The notes beneath the pieces are model-generated. The model worked only from the letters and a program-made list of their open reading frames with translations, did not search any database and was not told the DNA's origin. Both the position numbers and the translations under genes were made by a program. 32,000 bases of DNA from Candidatus Saganbacteria bacterium (GTDB lineage: Bacteria; Margulisbacteria; WOR-1; JAKLHX01): the NCBI GenBank assembly GCA_026387835.1, contig JAPLKZ010000010.1:326379-358378 (forward strand). Reading direction: 5' to 3'. Shown here in pieces: positions 1 to 9,657 of this stretch; the first letter of the stretch is position 1, and every line of letters starts with the position of its first letter.

Positions 1-373
<373 letters not shown>

Positions 374-385
374 AAGGAGGAAAAC

Positions 386-2638
386 ATGTCTGAAGCAAGT
401 ATAGTTCTGCCGATTTTGAGGCCTCTTGAGATCCATCTGCTCTGGTTCGTTCTGGGTTCCGCGGTGATCGCTCTTTTGTACGGTATGTATATGGCGTGGA
501 AAGTCCTCAGGGCCCCTCAGGGTTCTAAGGAAATGGTTGATGTGGCCAAAGCGATCCAGGAAGGATCCACGGCATATTTGGCCCGACAGTTCAAAGTAAT
601 GGGCATATTTATCGCCCTCATAACTGTCGGCCTTTACTTTATGTACGTGCCTGTTTATCCGAACAACCCTTCGCTCCCGATCGGCATTGCGGTCGCATTT
701 CTGCTGGGAGCCTGCGCTTCGGCAGGAGCGGGATTTGTGGGCATGAGCCTTGCCGTCCGCGCTAACGTGAGGGTGGCAAACGCCGCACTCACCAGTTTTA
801 AAAAAGCCCTCGAAGTCGCTTTTCAGGCCGGCACTGTTTCAGGGATGTTCACGGTGGGTCTCGGTCTTTTGGGTGCGACAATAATATTCATGATATTCAA
901 GCAGGACGCGATGAAAGTATTGGTCGGGTTCGGGTTCGGAGGATGCCTGGTCGCGCTTTTTATGAGGATAGGCGGCGGTATCTATACAAAAGCTGCTGAC
1001 GTCGGAGCTGACCTGGTCGGTAAAGTTGAAAAAAATATCCCCGAAGACGATCCCAGGAACGCAGCTGTCATCGCTGATAATGTAGGCGACAACGTCGGCG
1101 ACTGCGCCGGTATGGCCGCGGATGTTTTTGAAAGCTATGAAGTCACGTTGGTTGCCGCATTGATACTTGGTGCGGCGACTCTGGCTGACAAGGGCTTTCA
1201 GGCTCTCTTTGGCGGAATGGCCGCTCTTATGGCCCTTAAGCTTATAATGTATCCCCTGCTGGTCAGGGCCGTGGGCGTATTTGCATCGATCTTAGGGACC
1301 TGGTCAGTCAGAGGAAAAGATACTGAGGAGATCGGTGATCCGATGAAGCCCATCAATTTTGGTTTTTGGGTCGCTTCAATAACTTCTATCATCGGTTTTG
1401 TGGCTATCTGCTATCTATATCTGAATTATCCCGTCAAAGGCGCTGAATGGTGGAGGTTTGCACTGGCAACTTTTGTAGGTATAGTTCTGGCGGTCGTGAT
1501 AGAAAACCTGACCAATTACTTTACTCACACAGAAAATAATCCTATTAAGGAAACGGTTGAATCTGCCAAGACCGGCCCGGCAACACTGATACTGTCGGGT
1601 TTTGCGCTCGCTCAGGAATCTTCTGTTTGGTCCATTGTCGCTATCGCGGCAACGATCTTCGCATCAATGGCAATATTCGGCGGGAATTTGGCTCTATCCG
1701 CATACGGCGTTGCGCTGGCGGGCCTTGGGCTTTTGACAACGACGGGGTTCATTCTTGCTATGGACACCTACGGACCTATATCGGATAACGCTAACGGCAT
1801 ATTTGAAATGTCCGGAACTTACAGGGGCGAAGGCAGCAAAGCTGAAAAAATAGTCACCAAGCTGGATGCCGTAGGCAACACGACAAAAGCTCTTACAAAA
1901 GGTTTTGCTATCGCGACAGCGGTGATCGCTGCGATCGCACTGTTTCGGTCCTTTGTTGAAGAAGGAGGACTGCTTAAAACGGGTATCCAGCTGAATATGT
2001 CCGACGTGTTTATCGGTCTGCTCCTTGGCGGCGCCGTGACGTTCCTTTTTTCTTCATTCCTTATCAAAGCGGTGGGAAGAGCTGCCCAGCTGGTCGTTGA
2101 AGAAGTCCGGAGACAGTTCAGAGAGATCCCGGGGATCATGGAAAGAAAGAACAAACCGGAATATTTTAAGTGCGTTGATATCGTAACCTTTGCCGCGCAA
2201 AAAGAATTGATCGGTCCCGCACTGCTGGCTATCTGCACCCCGATTGCTGTGGGTTTTGCTTTGGGAACAGCAGCACTCGGAGGTTTTCTCGCGGGAGCAA
2301 TCTTAGTCGGGCAACTGCTTGCGGTTCTTCTGGCAAATTCAGGCGGCATCTGGGATAACGCGAAGAAATCTATCGAAATGGGGATGTTAGGCGGAAAGGG
2401 CTCCGAAGCTCATAAAGCGGCTGTCATAGGCGACACGGTCGGAGATCCGTTCAAAGATACCGCCGGACCGGCGCTTAATCCTCTTATCAAGGTAATGAAC
2501 CTTGTTGCTCTTTTGATAGTACCTATCATATTTACCGGCGTGGAAACAAAGGTCAAATGGACAATAGTGACCGTTTCAGTATTGCTCATAATACTTGCTG
2601 TCTATTTGAATAAGAAGGGTAACGCGGCAAAAGTTTAA
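386..2638 (+). CDS. hppA: Membrane-bound H+-translocating pyrophosphatase, K+-independent type
   Basis: 750-aa polytopic protein with M-PPase motifs ([57 protein letters not shown]). The [10 protein letters not shown] motif has Lys rather than Ala, the known marker of the K+-independent subfamily. An AAGGAGG SD lies upstream. Confidence 0.9.
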   Translation: MSEASIVLPILRPLEIHLLWFVLGSAVIALLYGMYMAWKVLRAPQGSKEMVDVAKAIQEGSTAYLARQFKVMGIFIALITVGLYFMYVPVYPNNPSLPIGIAVAFLLGACASAGAGFVGMSLAVRANVRVANAALTSFKKALEVAFQAGTVSGMFTVGLGLLGATIIFMIFKQDAMKVLVGFGFGGCLVALFMRIGGGIYTKAADVGADLVGKVEKNIPEDDPRNAAVIADNVGDNVGDCAGMAADVFESYEVTLVAALILGAATLADKGFQALFGGMAALMALKLIMYPLLVRAVGVFASILGTWSVRGKDTEEIGDPMKPINFGFWVASITSIIGFVAICYLYLNYPVKGAEWWRFALATFVGIVLAVVIENLTNYFTHTENNPIKETVESAKTGPATLILSGFALAQESSVWSIVAIAATIFASMAIFGGNLALSAYGVALAGLGLLTTTGFILAMDTYGPISDNANGIFEMSGTYRGEGSKAEKIVTKLDAVGNTTKALTKGFAIATAVIAAIALFRSFVEEGGLLKTGIQLNMSDVFIGLLLGGAVTFLFSSFLIKAVGRAAQLVVEEVRRQFREIPGIMERKNKPEYFKCVDIVTFAAQKELIGPALLAICTPIAVGFALGTAALGGFLAGAILVGQLLAVLLANSGGIWDNAKKSIEMGMLGGKGSEAHKAAVIGDTVGDPFKDTAGPALNPLIKVMNLVALLIVPIIFTGVETKVKWTIVTVSVLLIILAVYLNKKGNAAKV

Positions 2639-2656
2639 AGCTGAAGATTTGTTAAA

Positions 2657-2690
2657 GGAGCCTGAACCTTAACGGTTCGGCTCCTTTTTT
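2657..2690 (+). terminator. Rho-independent terminator after hppA
   Basis: GGAGCCTGAACC / GGTTCGGCTCC stem with one bulge, followed by TTTTTT. Confidence 0.6.
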
Positions 2691-2765
2691 AATTTGACAA
2701 GATGACCCTGTTGTTCTCGCTTAAGCACCTTGGGTTGAGTGCAGTCGAAGCCCTCATCTCCATCA

Positions 2766-2774
2766 TGCTATAAT
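2766..2774 (+). promoter_or_regulatory. Extended -10 element (TGcTATAAT) 11 nt before the hypA-like ATG
   Basis: TGCTATAAT matches the TGnTATAAT consensus. There is no good -35 and no SD before the ATG at 2786. Confidence 0.3.
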
Positions 2775-2785
2775 ATCCTCAAATC

Positions 2786-3028
2786 ATGCATGATTCCCAT
2801 CTTTTTAAGAATCTGATAAAGTATCTTGAAAAAGAAGAATCTTCCTGCGGCAAAATCAAGAAAATATTCATAAATATATCTGAATTCGGCTCGTTGACAA
2901 AAGAGCATTTTATCGGCCATTTCAAGGAATTCTCCAAAGGGACAAAATGGGAAGGTCTGAAGATCGACCTGAAAAAGATCCCGTACGGTCCGGAGTTTGA
3001 ACTGACAAAGATCGAGTACGCAAAATGA
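2786..3028 (+). CDS. HypA-like hydrogenase nickel-insertion protein lacking the zinc-finger module
   Basis: It has the N-terminal MHD (the HypA Ni site is MHE). The pattern IKKIFINISEFGSLTKEHFIGHFKEFSKGTKWEGLKIDLKKIP follows the HypA core, and the tail GPEFELTKIEY resembles the HypA C-terminal strand. No CxxC...CxxC is present. An ATGA overlap joins it to the next gene. Confidence 0.45.
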   Translation: MHDSHLFKNLIKYLEKEESSCGKIKKIFINISEFGSLTKEHFIGHFKEFSKGTKWEGLKIDLKKIPYGPEFELTKIEYAK

Positions 3029-4071
3029 AATACGCAGTAATTAAAAAAACTGACCTTAATAAATGGCTCGAGCGCCTGATGAAAAAGGCCCGCGTTTACG
3101 GCCCAAAGAAAAAAGAGAGTCTTTTCGTCTTCAGGCCTATCAAAGACCCGGAAGAGATCAGTCTGCAGTATATCCCGACTATTCTTCCCCCGAAAAAATA
3201 TTACTTCCCGCAAAAGGAAAAGCTGATCAATTTCAACGCCGAAAAGTTCACCGAGGAAAAAGGGACCAAAGACCCGGAAGAGTTCATCCTTTTTGCTGTG
3301 CATACCTGTGATATTGCCGGTATTCAATGCATGGATGTCGTCTTCAGGGAAAATCCCGCGGATCCATACTATCTCAGCAGAAAAAGCAAGATGACGATCA
3401 TCGGCCTTGAATGCCTGAAATACTGCGATGATATCGCCAGCTGTTCTTCAATGGGCAATCATGAGCCCCGCGGCGGATATGACCTGATGATGGTAGATAT
3501 CGGGAACAGTTTTGCCCTTCATGTGAACTCCGAAAAGGGTGAGAGCCTTATCAAAAATCTCAAATACATACGCGAGGCAAACGATAAAGATATGGCCGCT
3601 CTTGCCTCCGTCAGGGAGGAAAAGAAAAAGGTTTTTAAAGAAGAGCTTAAGGCCCCTCTTTCAAAAATATACGAGGCATTCGACAATTCTTTCAAATCCC
3701 CGGTATGGGAGGATGTCGGAAAGCGGTGCGTCGGCTGCGGGAATTGCACTGCCTCCTGCCCCACCTGTTACTGTTACGATGTCATTGATGAGATGGAGCT
3801 CGATTTGACCAATGGGACTAGATACAGGATTTGGAACTCCTGCCAGATGGATGATTTTGCTAAAGTCGCCGGCGGAGAAGATTTTAGAAAAGGCCGCGAT
3901 TCAAGACAGCGCCACAGATATTATAGAAAATTCAAATATCCGGTGGACAAGTTCAACAGATATTTCTGCACGGGCTGCGGGCGCTGTACAAGGGCTTGCG
4001 TTGCGCAGATCAGCCTTCCCGAAACAGTGAATGCTGTGATAGACGGGTACAGGAGTAAAAATGCCGGCTAA
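3025..4071 (+). CDS. Group 3b [NiFe]-hydrogenase beta subunit (HydB/AsrA-like 4Fe-4S protein)
   Basis: Ferredoxin-type motifs CVGCGNCTASCPTCYC and CTGCGRCTRACVAQI. Its position and size match the P. furiosus sulfhydrogenase hydB. Confidence 0.75.
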   Translation: MKYAVIKKTDLNKWLERLMKKARVYGPKKKESLFVFRPIKDPEEISLQYIPTILPPKKYYFPQKEKLINFNAEKFTEEKGTKDPEEFILFAVHTCDIAGIQCMDVVFRENPADPYYLSRKSKMTIIGLECLKYCDDIASCSSMGNHEPRGGYDLMMVDIGNSFALHVNSEKGESLIKNLKYIREANDKDMAALASVREEKKKVFKEELKAPLSKIYEAFDNSFKSPVWEDVGKRCVGCGNCTASCPTCYCYDVIDEMELDLTNGTRYRIWNSCQMDDFAKVAGGEDFRKGRDSRQRHRYYRKFKYPVDKFNRYFCTGCGRCTRACVAQISLPETVNAVIDGYRSKNAG

Positions 4072-4927
4072 AGAAAAATTAAAAGAAAAGATCCTTTCTT
4101 TTCCGCACAAATCGGTGAAAGCGGAAATAATAGACGCCTATATGGTGGGTGCGAACGAGAAATTCTTCAAAATTAAACTTGAAGAAGGCAAAGAACTTGG
4201 GCACGAACCGGGACAGTTCGTTATGGTGTCTATCTTTGGTTTTGGTGAAGCGCCAATCTCGATCGCCTCCTCCCCCACTGATAAAGGATACTTTGACCTG
4301 ACCGTAAGGAAGGTCGGGGTTTTCACAAATGAACTTCATAAATACGGCAAGGGCGATGTGATCGGCATCAGGGGACCTTACGGAAAAGGATTCCCAATCG
4401 ATAATATGTTCGGTTACGATATCCTGGTCGTCGGCGGAGGGCTTGGCATGGTGCCGCTGCGTTCATTGATACGCTATGTAATGGCAAACCGCAATGATTT
4501 CGGGAACGTTCAAATACTTTTGGGGTGCAAGTCGCCAAATGAGCTCCTCTTTAATGAAGAAGCGAACGAATGGATGAAAAGGGCCGAAATAAAAAGGAAC
4601 TGCACCGTAGACAAGGCCGATGAAGAATGGAAAGGTAACGTCGGGGTAATTACGACCCTGATCCCTGGTGTCGATATAATCCCGGAGCGCACTTACGCTG
4701 TGGTCGTCGGCCCGCCTATCATGATGAAGTTCACCCTTGTCTCACTTCTCGAAAAGAAAATACCTGAACACCAGATAGTCCTTTCTTTGGAGCGGAGGAT
4801 GAAGTGCGGGCTTGGAAAATGCGGGCATTGCCAGATAGAGGGCGTGTATGTCTGCCAGACAGGGCCTGTTTTTACATATAATCAGTTAAAGAACTTTAAA
4901 GGGGAATGCTATGAAAAAGGTCTTTAA
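4061..4927 (+). CDS. Group 3b hydrogenase gamma subunit (FAD/NAD(P)-binding, 2Fe-2S; AsrB/PyrK-like)
   Basis: GQFVMVS..GEAPISIAS flavin-binding region, a VVGGGLGMVPLRSL nucleotide-binding fold, and a C-terminal CGLGKCGHCQ...C cluster motif. Confidence 0.75.
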   Translation: MPAKEKLKEKILSFPHKSVKAEIIDAYMVGANEKFFKIKLEEGKELGHEPGQFVMVSIFGFGEAPISIASSPTDKGYFDLTVRKVGVFTNELHKYGKGDVIGIRGPYGKGFPIDNMFGYDILVVGGGLGMVPLRSLIRYVMANRNDFGNVQILLGCKSPNELLFNEEANEWMKRAEIKRNCTVDKADEEWKGNVGVITTLIPGVDIIPERTYAVVVGPPIMMKFTLVSLLEKKIPEHQIVLSLERRMKCGLGKCGHCQIEGVYVCQTGPVFTYNQLKNFKGECYEKGL

Positions 4928-5681
4928 AAAACCGAAACTTGCGTTCTTCGACTTTAGCGATTGCGAGGGCTGCCAGCTCCAGTTCGCCAATATGGGAGAA
5001 ACTCTGCTGGAGCTTCTAAAACTCGTCGACATCGTGAGCTTCCGCGAGATCATGTCTGAGAACGGTCAGGACTACGACATCGCTTTTGTTGAAGGCAGCA
5101 TAACCTCTGATAACGACGTGAAAAGGATCAAGGCTATCAGAGAAAAAGCAAAAGTTGTAGTCGCCCTTGGCGCGTGCGCTACCATCGGAGGCGTGAACGG
5201 CATGAAGAACCGCACGCCGCTTGAAGACGCGAAAAAGCTTGTCTACGGAGATATGGCCGGCAGCATCAACACGATAAAGACAATGCCTTTGCGCGAGGTC
5301 ATAAAAGTGGATTATTTTATCCACGGGTGTCCCGTGTATATCCCGGAAGTGGTCACAGTTGTCAAATGTCTTCTGCTGGGTAAACCCTATGTGGTCCCGA
5401 CCTATTCCGTCTGCAACGAATGCAAAACAAACGAGAATGTCTGCAGGTATGAAAAGGACGAGGATTGTTTCGGTCCCGTGACAAGGGCCGGCTGCAACTC
5501 CTGGTGTATAAATAATGGGAACAAATGCTACGGCTGCAGGGGGCTTGTGGACGATCCCGCCGCCAACGGACAAAAAGAGATCCTGAGCAAATACGGGCTT
5601 GATCTTAACGAGATCCTGAACAGGTTTACTTTATATAATGACAGCCTTGGAGTAAAATATGACAAAGAGTTCAAGCAGTAA
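4911..5681 (+). CDS. [NiFe]-hydrogenase small (delta) subunit
   Basis: NuoB-like N-terminus (FDFSDCEGCQ, ALGACATIGG) plus a Cys-rich C-terminal region for the medial and distal clusters. Confidence 0.8.
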   Translation: MKKVFKKPKLAFFDFSDCEGCQLQFANMGETLLELLKLVDIVSFREIMSENGQDYDIAFVEGSITSDNDVKRIKAIREKAKVVVALGACATIGGVNGMKNRTPLEDAKKLVYGDMAGSINTIKTMPLREVIKVDYFIHGCPVYIPEVVTVVKCLLLGKPYVVPTYSVCNECKTNENVCRYEKDEDCFGPVTRAGCNSWCINNGNKCYGCRGLVDDPAANGQKEILSKYGLDLNEILNRFTLYNDSLGVKYDKEFKQ

Positions 5682-7005
5682 TTCAAAGAACGTAAATATT
5701 GATATCCACTACCTGACAAGGGTGGAAGGACACGGTAATATCGTCGTTGATGTAAAAAACGGCGTGCTGGAAAAATGCGAGTTCCAGGTCATAGAATCTC
5801 CGAGGTTCTTCGAATCTATGCTCGTTGGCAGATCGATATGGGAAGCGCAGCATATTACGAGCAGGATCTGCGGCATCTGCGCCTGCGGTCACAGCCTTGC
5901 CAGCATTAAAGCGGCGGAAGCGGCGCTTGAAGTGACCCCGTCAGACGATACGGCTTTGCTCCGAAAACTTTTATTGAACACGGAAATGCTCGACAGCCAT
6001 ATACTTCACATTTACATGCTTGTCGCGCCCGACCTTCTCGGCGTAAAGAGCATTTTCCCTCTGGTCAAGACCCACAAGAGCATGATAGAGATGGCGCTTA
6101 AGATGAAAAGGATGAGCGATTTCGCCGGGGAAGTGCTTGCCGGCCGTCATATCCACCCCATTAGCTATGTGATCGGAGGCCTGACCCAGGTCCCGGCAAA
6201 AGAAAACCTGCAAAAGCTTCTTTCTATGATGATAGAATGTCGGGGATACGGAGAAAAGACCGTCAAAACTTTTAAAAAATTGAGCTTCCCCTCTTTTGAG
6301 CATCCGACACAGTATCTTTCACTTACAAACGAAAGTGGTGAATATCCTATGTACGACGGTGACTTGGTAGTGTCCGGATCGCAAAGGACCGGCATAAAAG
6401 ATTACAAAAGATTATTACACGAAAAACCTGTCGGTTATTCAAGGGCAAAACTTTCTTTTATTAACGGACAACCTTATTCTGTGGGGGCCCTTTCGCGCCT
6501 TAATAATAATTTTAAAAAGCTTAATAAAAAGGCAAGGCTTGTCGCGGAAGAGCTGGGTTACAAAGTCCCGTGTCACAATCCGTATTTGAACACCGTTGCG
6601 CAGCTCATAGAATGGGTGCATTGTCTTGAAGATTCGATCTCTATCCTCGAAAGGATCTTAAAGGAAGGAATAGATAGCGCTAAGGTCGTGGTGTCATCCT
6701 GGCCAAAAAAGGGAGAAAAGCGTTCGTACAGGCCAAATTCGGGAACCGGATGTGTCGAGGTGCCGAGAGGTTCTCTGTTTCATGAATATACCATTGATGA
6801 GACCGGCCATATAACCGCGGCTAATTGCGTCATCCCTACGAACCAGAACATTGCCAACCTTGAAGAAAACATGAGAAAGATCGTGCCTGAGATGCTGCCT
6901 GAAAAGTCCCAGGATGAGATCCGTCTCGGACTTGAGATGCTCGCGCGTGCTTACGACCCCTGCATTTCCTGCGCCACGCACATGCTAGATGTCAAATTCA
7001 TCTGA
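5659..7005 (+). CDS. [NiFe]-hydrogenase large (alpha) subunit
   Basis: N-terminal RICGICACGH and C-terminal DPCISCATH NiFe-ligand motifs, plus RVEGHG near the N-terminus. A short tail (MLDVKFI) follows the His cleavage site. Confidence 0.9.
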   Translation: MTKSSSSNSKNVNIDIHYLTRVEGHGNIVVDVKNGVLEKCEFQVIESPRFFESMLVGRSIWEAQHITSRICGICACGHSLASIKAAEAALEVTPSDDTALLRKLLLNTEMLDSHILHIYMLVAPDLLGVKSIFPLVKTHKSMIEMALKMKRMSDFAGEVLAGRHIHPISYVIGGLTQVPAKENLQKLLSMMIECRGYGEKTVKTFKKLSFPSFEHPTQYLSLTNESGEYPMYDGDLVVSGSQRTGIKDYKRLLHEKPVGYSRAKLSFINGQPYSVGALSRLNNNFKKLNKKARLVAEELGYKVPCHNPYLNTVAQLIEWVHCLEDSISILERILKEGIDSAKVVVSSWPKKGEKRSYRPNSGTGCVEVPRGSLFHEYTIDETGHITAANCVIPTNQNIANLEENMRKIVPEMLPEKSQDEIRLGLEMLARAYDPCISCATHMLDVKFI

Positions 7006-7465
7006 AAAACTGGCCATTATCGGCCTTGGCAACCCTTTAAGGAAAGACGACGGAGTCGGAATAATCGCACTTAATCGTTTGAAGTTATGCCTAAAAAGGC
7101 CTGATATCGACTATTTTGATTTCGGTACGGGGAGTTTTGATATCCTTTTCAAGATAAACGAATACAAGGCCATTCTTATAATCGATGCCGTAAATGCCGG
7201 CATGGAACCGGGGGACCATAAGATATTTCCTCTTGAGGCCGTTGAATCGGAGATCATCACGGACATGGGGTCTACGCACGGGTTCGGCCTCAAGCAGCTG
7301 AGGATGCTATGCTCTTCTTTCGGGTCTTCTGGCAAGGTTTTTGTCGCGGGCATCCAGATCGTTGATGTTTCCGAGGGGAACGGAACCTCGGACCTTGTCA
7401 ACAAAAAACTTGACTCCGCTATAGATAATATTTCCCTCTATATCAACAAATACCTGTCATCCTAA
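6989..7465 (+). CDS. Hydrogenase maturation endopeptidase (HycI/FrhD family)
   Basis: IIGLGNPLRKDDGVGI and ILIIDAV motifs, a typical size of 158 aa, and a 17-nt overlap with the large subunit gene. Confidence 0.8.
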   Translation: MSNSSEKLAIIGLGNPLRKDDGVGIIALNRLKLCLKRPDIDYFDFGTGSFDILFKINEYKAILIIDAVNAGMEPGDHKIFPLEAVESEIITDMGSTHGFGLKQLRMLCSSFGSSGKVFVAGIQIVDVSEGNGTSDLVNKKLDSAIDNISLYINKYLSS

Positions 7466-7476
7466 GCATTGGGATA

Positions 7477-7708
<232 letters not shown>

Positions 7709-7756
7709 GGCCTGATGTTGTTATCATGAATACTCGGTTATCATAATAACGTTTTT

Positions 7757-7787
7757 GGGCGCAATTTTGCGCCCTTTTGATTTTTTT
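7757..7787 (+). terminator. Rho-independent terminator after ferredoxin
   Basis: GGGCGCAA / TTGCGCCC palindrome followed by TTTTGATTTTTTT. Confidence 0.6.
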
Positions 7788-7800
7788 GGAGGTATTAATA

Positions 7801-9567
7801 ATGAAACTGTCTAAAAACGCCGAGATCATCATTGAAAAAAGATACCTTCAAAAGGACAAGAACGGAAAACCGGCCGAGACAGTCTCCCAGTTTTTTAAAA
7901 GGGTCGCAAAAACAATAGCCGCCGTCGATAAAAAATATGACCCCGGATCAAAGGTCTCCGATATAGAGGCTGAATTCTATAAAGCGATGAGCGAAGGGGA
8001 ATTCCTGCCTAACTCTCCCGCCCTTATGAACGCCGGCGCGGAAGCCGGGCAGCTTTTCGCCTGTTTTGTGCTTCCTGTCGAAGACCGCTTGAAAGATATA
8101 TTTGAGACCCTCAAGAACACGGCCCTTATTCAACAAAGCGGCGGGGGAGTAGGGTTCAACTTCGGCCGCCTCAGGCCCAAAAGCTCGGCGGTAAAGTCGA
8201 CACGAGGGGTATCTTCGGGCCCCGTTTCGTTCATGAAGGTTTTTGATGCCGCGACAGAAGTGATCGGACAAGGCGGCAGAAGACGCGGCGCGAATATGGG
8301 CATTTTACCGGTGGACCATCCCGACATAATGGAATTCATTTCTTCCAAACAAAAAGAAAAAGCCCTTTCAAATTTTAATCTTTCTGTTGCTGTGACCGAT
8401 AAGTTCATGGAAGCCGCAAAAAAAGGCGCTAAATACAATCTAATTGATCCCAGGACAAAAAAATCCGCCGGGAACCTTAATGCGGGAGACGTCTTTTCCG
8501 AGATCGCCCGCTGGGCCTGGGAATGTGGAGATCCCGGAATTGTCTTTATCGATGCCATCAATAAAAACAACCCCGTCAAAAAGATGGGGGCCATAGAAGC
8601 GACAAACCCATGCGGGGAGCAACCATTATTGCCGTATGAATCCTGCTGTCTCGGCTCCGTCAACCTTTCAAAGGTCGTAAAAAACGGGGGGCCCGATCTT
8701 AAGCATCTTAAAGAGCTTGTCCGGTTAGGGGTTCACTTCCTTGATAACTTGATAGATGCAAACAAGTTCCCTATTGCCGAGATCGAAAAGGCGACCCTGG
8801 CCAACAGAAAGATCGGGCTCGGGGTAATGGGATTTGCTGATATGCTCATCAAGCTGGGCATCCCTTACGACAGCCCAAAAGCTGTGGCTCTCGCTGAAAA
8901 GCTTATGAAATTTATCAGGGAAGAAGCGCAAAAGATGTCCCAGGAGCTCGCGGCGACAAGGGGTTCGTTCCCTAATTTCAAAGACAGCGCTTATAAATCA
9001 AAGGTCAAGGCTATGCGCAATGCCACCGTTACCACGATCGCTCCGACCGGAACTATCAGCATAATCGCCGGCTGTTCTTCCGGGATCGAACCAATCTTTG
9101 CGGTGGCTTATGTCAGGCTGCTCGCTGACGGTCAGGAGATCGTCGAGTGCTGCCCTCTTTTTGAAGAGATGATGAAAAAGCGCAAACTTTACAATCACGA
9201 ATTCTGCAAAAGGGTCCTTTCCGAAGGCGGAATAAACGAGATGTCCAGCATACCCGAAGATATAAAAAAACTATTTCTCCCGGCAGTCGGGATCTCATAT
9301 GAATGGCACGTGGCCATAGCGGCAGCATTTCAAAAATATACCGACAATGCCGTTTCAAAGACCGTCAATCTTCCTTCGTCCGCATCAAAAGAGGATGTTA
9401 AAAATGTGTTTCTCTCCGCATACAAGAACAAATGTAAGGGCATTACCGTGTTCCGGCAGGGATGCAAAAAAGAGCAGGTCCTTTCCATCAAACCCGAAGA
9501 TACGGGGCGCATTGCGGTTGAAAGCGAATTCGCCGGAGGGTGCCCCGTGAGTTACTGCGTAGATTGA
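7801..9567 (+). CDS. nrdJ: Class II (AdoCbl-type) ribonucleotide reductase paralog, short form (588 aa)
   Basis: It has ACFVLP, SGGGVGFNF, RRGANMG, the thiyl-radical loop ATNPCGEQPLLPYESCCLGS, and TVTTIAPTGTISIIAGCSSGIEP. A GGAGG SD precedes the ATG at 7801. The protein ends soon after KGITVFRQG. Confidence 0.8.
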   Translation: MKLSKNAEIIIEKRYLQKDKNGKPAETVSQFFKRVAKTIAAVDKKYDPGSKVSDIEAEFYKAMSEGEFLPNSPALMNAGAEAGQLFACFVLPVEDRLKDIFETLKNTALIQQSGGGVGFNFGRLRPKSSAVKSTRGVSSGPVSFMKVFDAATEVIGQGGRRRGANMGILPVDHPDIMEFISSKQKEKALSNFNLSVAVTDKFMEAAKKGAKYNLIDPRTKKSAGNLNAGDVFSEIARWAWECGDPGIVFIDAINKNNPVKKMGAIEATNPCGEQPLLPYESCCLGSVNLSKVVKNGGPDLKHLKELVRLGVHFLDNLIDANKFPIAEIEKATLANRKIGLGVMGFADMLIKLGIPYDSPKAVALAEKLMKFIREEAQKMSQELAATRGSFPNFKDSAYKSKVKAMRNATVTTIAPTGTISIIAGCSSGIEPIFAVAYVRLLADGQEIVECCPLFEEMMKKRKLYNHEFCKRVLSEGGINEMSSIPEDIKKLFLPAVGISYEWHVAIAAAFQKYTDNAVSKTVNLPSSASKEDVKNVFLSAYKNKCKGITVFRQGCKKEQVLSIKPEDTGRIAVESEFAGGCPVSYCVD

Positions 9568-9576
9568 AATATCCCC

Positions 9577-9631
9577 TTGACAGCCCATATATGTAGCGTG
9601 ATATACTCATAGTCCCCACTAAATAGGGTGG
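9577..9631 (+). promoter_or_regulatory. Promoter with two tandem NrdR boxes upstream of nrdR-nrdJ
   Basis: TTGACA (9577-9582) and TGaTATACT (extended -10, 9599-9607). Box 1 is CCCATATATGTAGCGT (9584-9599) and box 2 is CCACTAAATAGGGTGG (9616-9631). Each matches about 11/16 positions of the acaCwAtATaTwGtgt consensus as I recall it. The box centres are 32 bp apart. Confidence 0.5.
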
Positions 9632-9657
9632 TTTTCCATGAAAAGGTAAAAAGGGCT

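Noticed and set aside
2779-3327. 182-aa minus-strand ORF
   Set aside because: It is antisense to the hypA-like gene and hydB. The sense-strand genes have translational coupling and conserved motifs.
7777-7800. TTG start for the short nrdJ given by the ORF track
   Set aside because: It lies in the terminator T-tract upstream of the GGAGG SD. The ATG at 7801 is the supported start.
9628-9657. GTG start for nrdR given by the ORF track
   Set aside because: It overlaps the second NrdR box, and NrdR proteins begin at the MKCPxCG zinc ribbon (ATG 9658).
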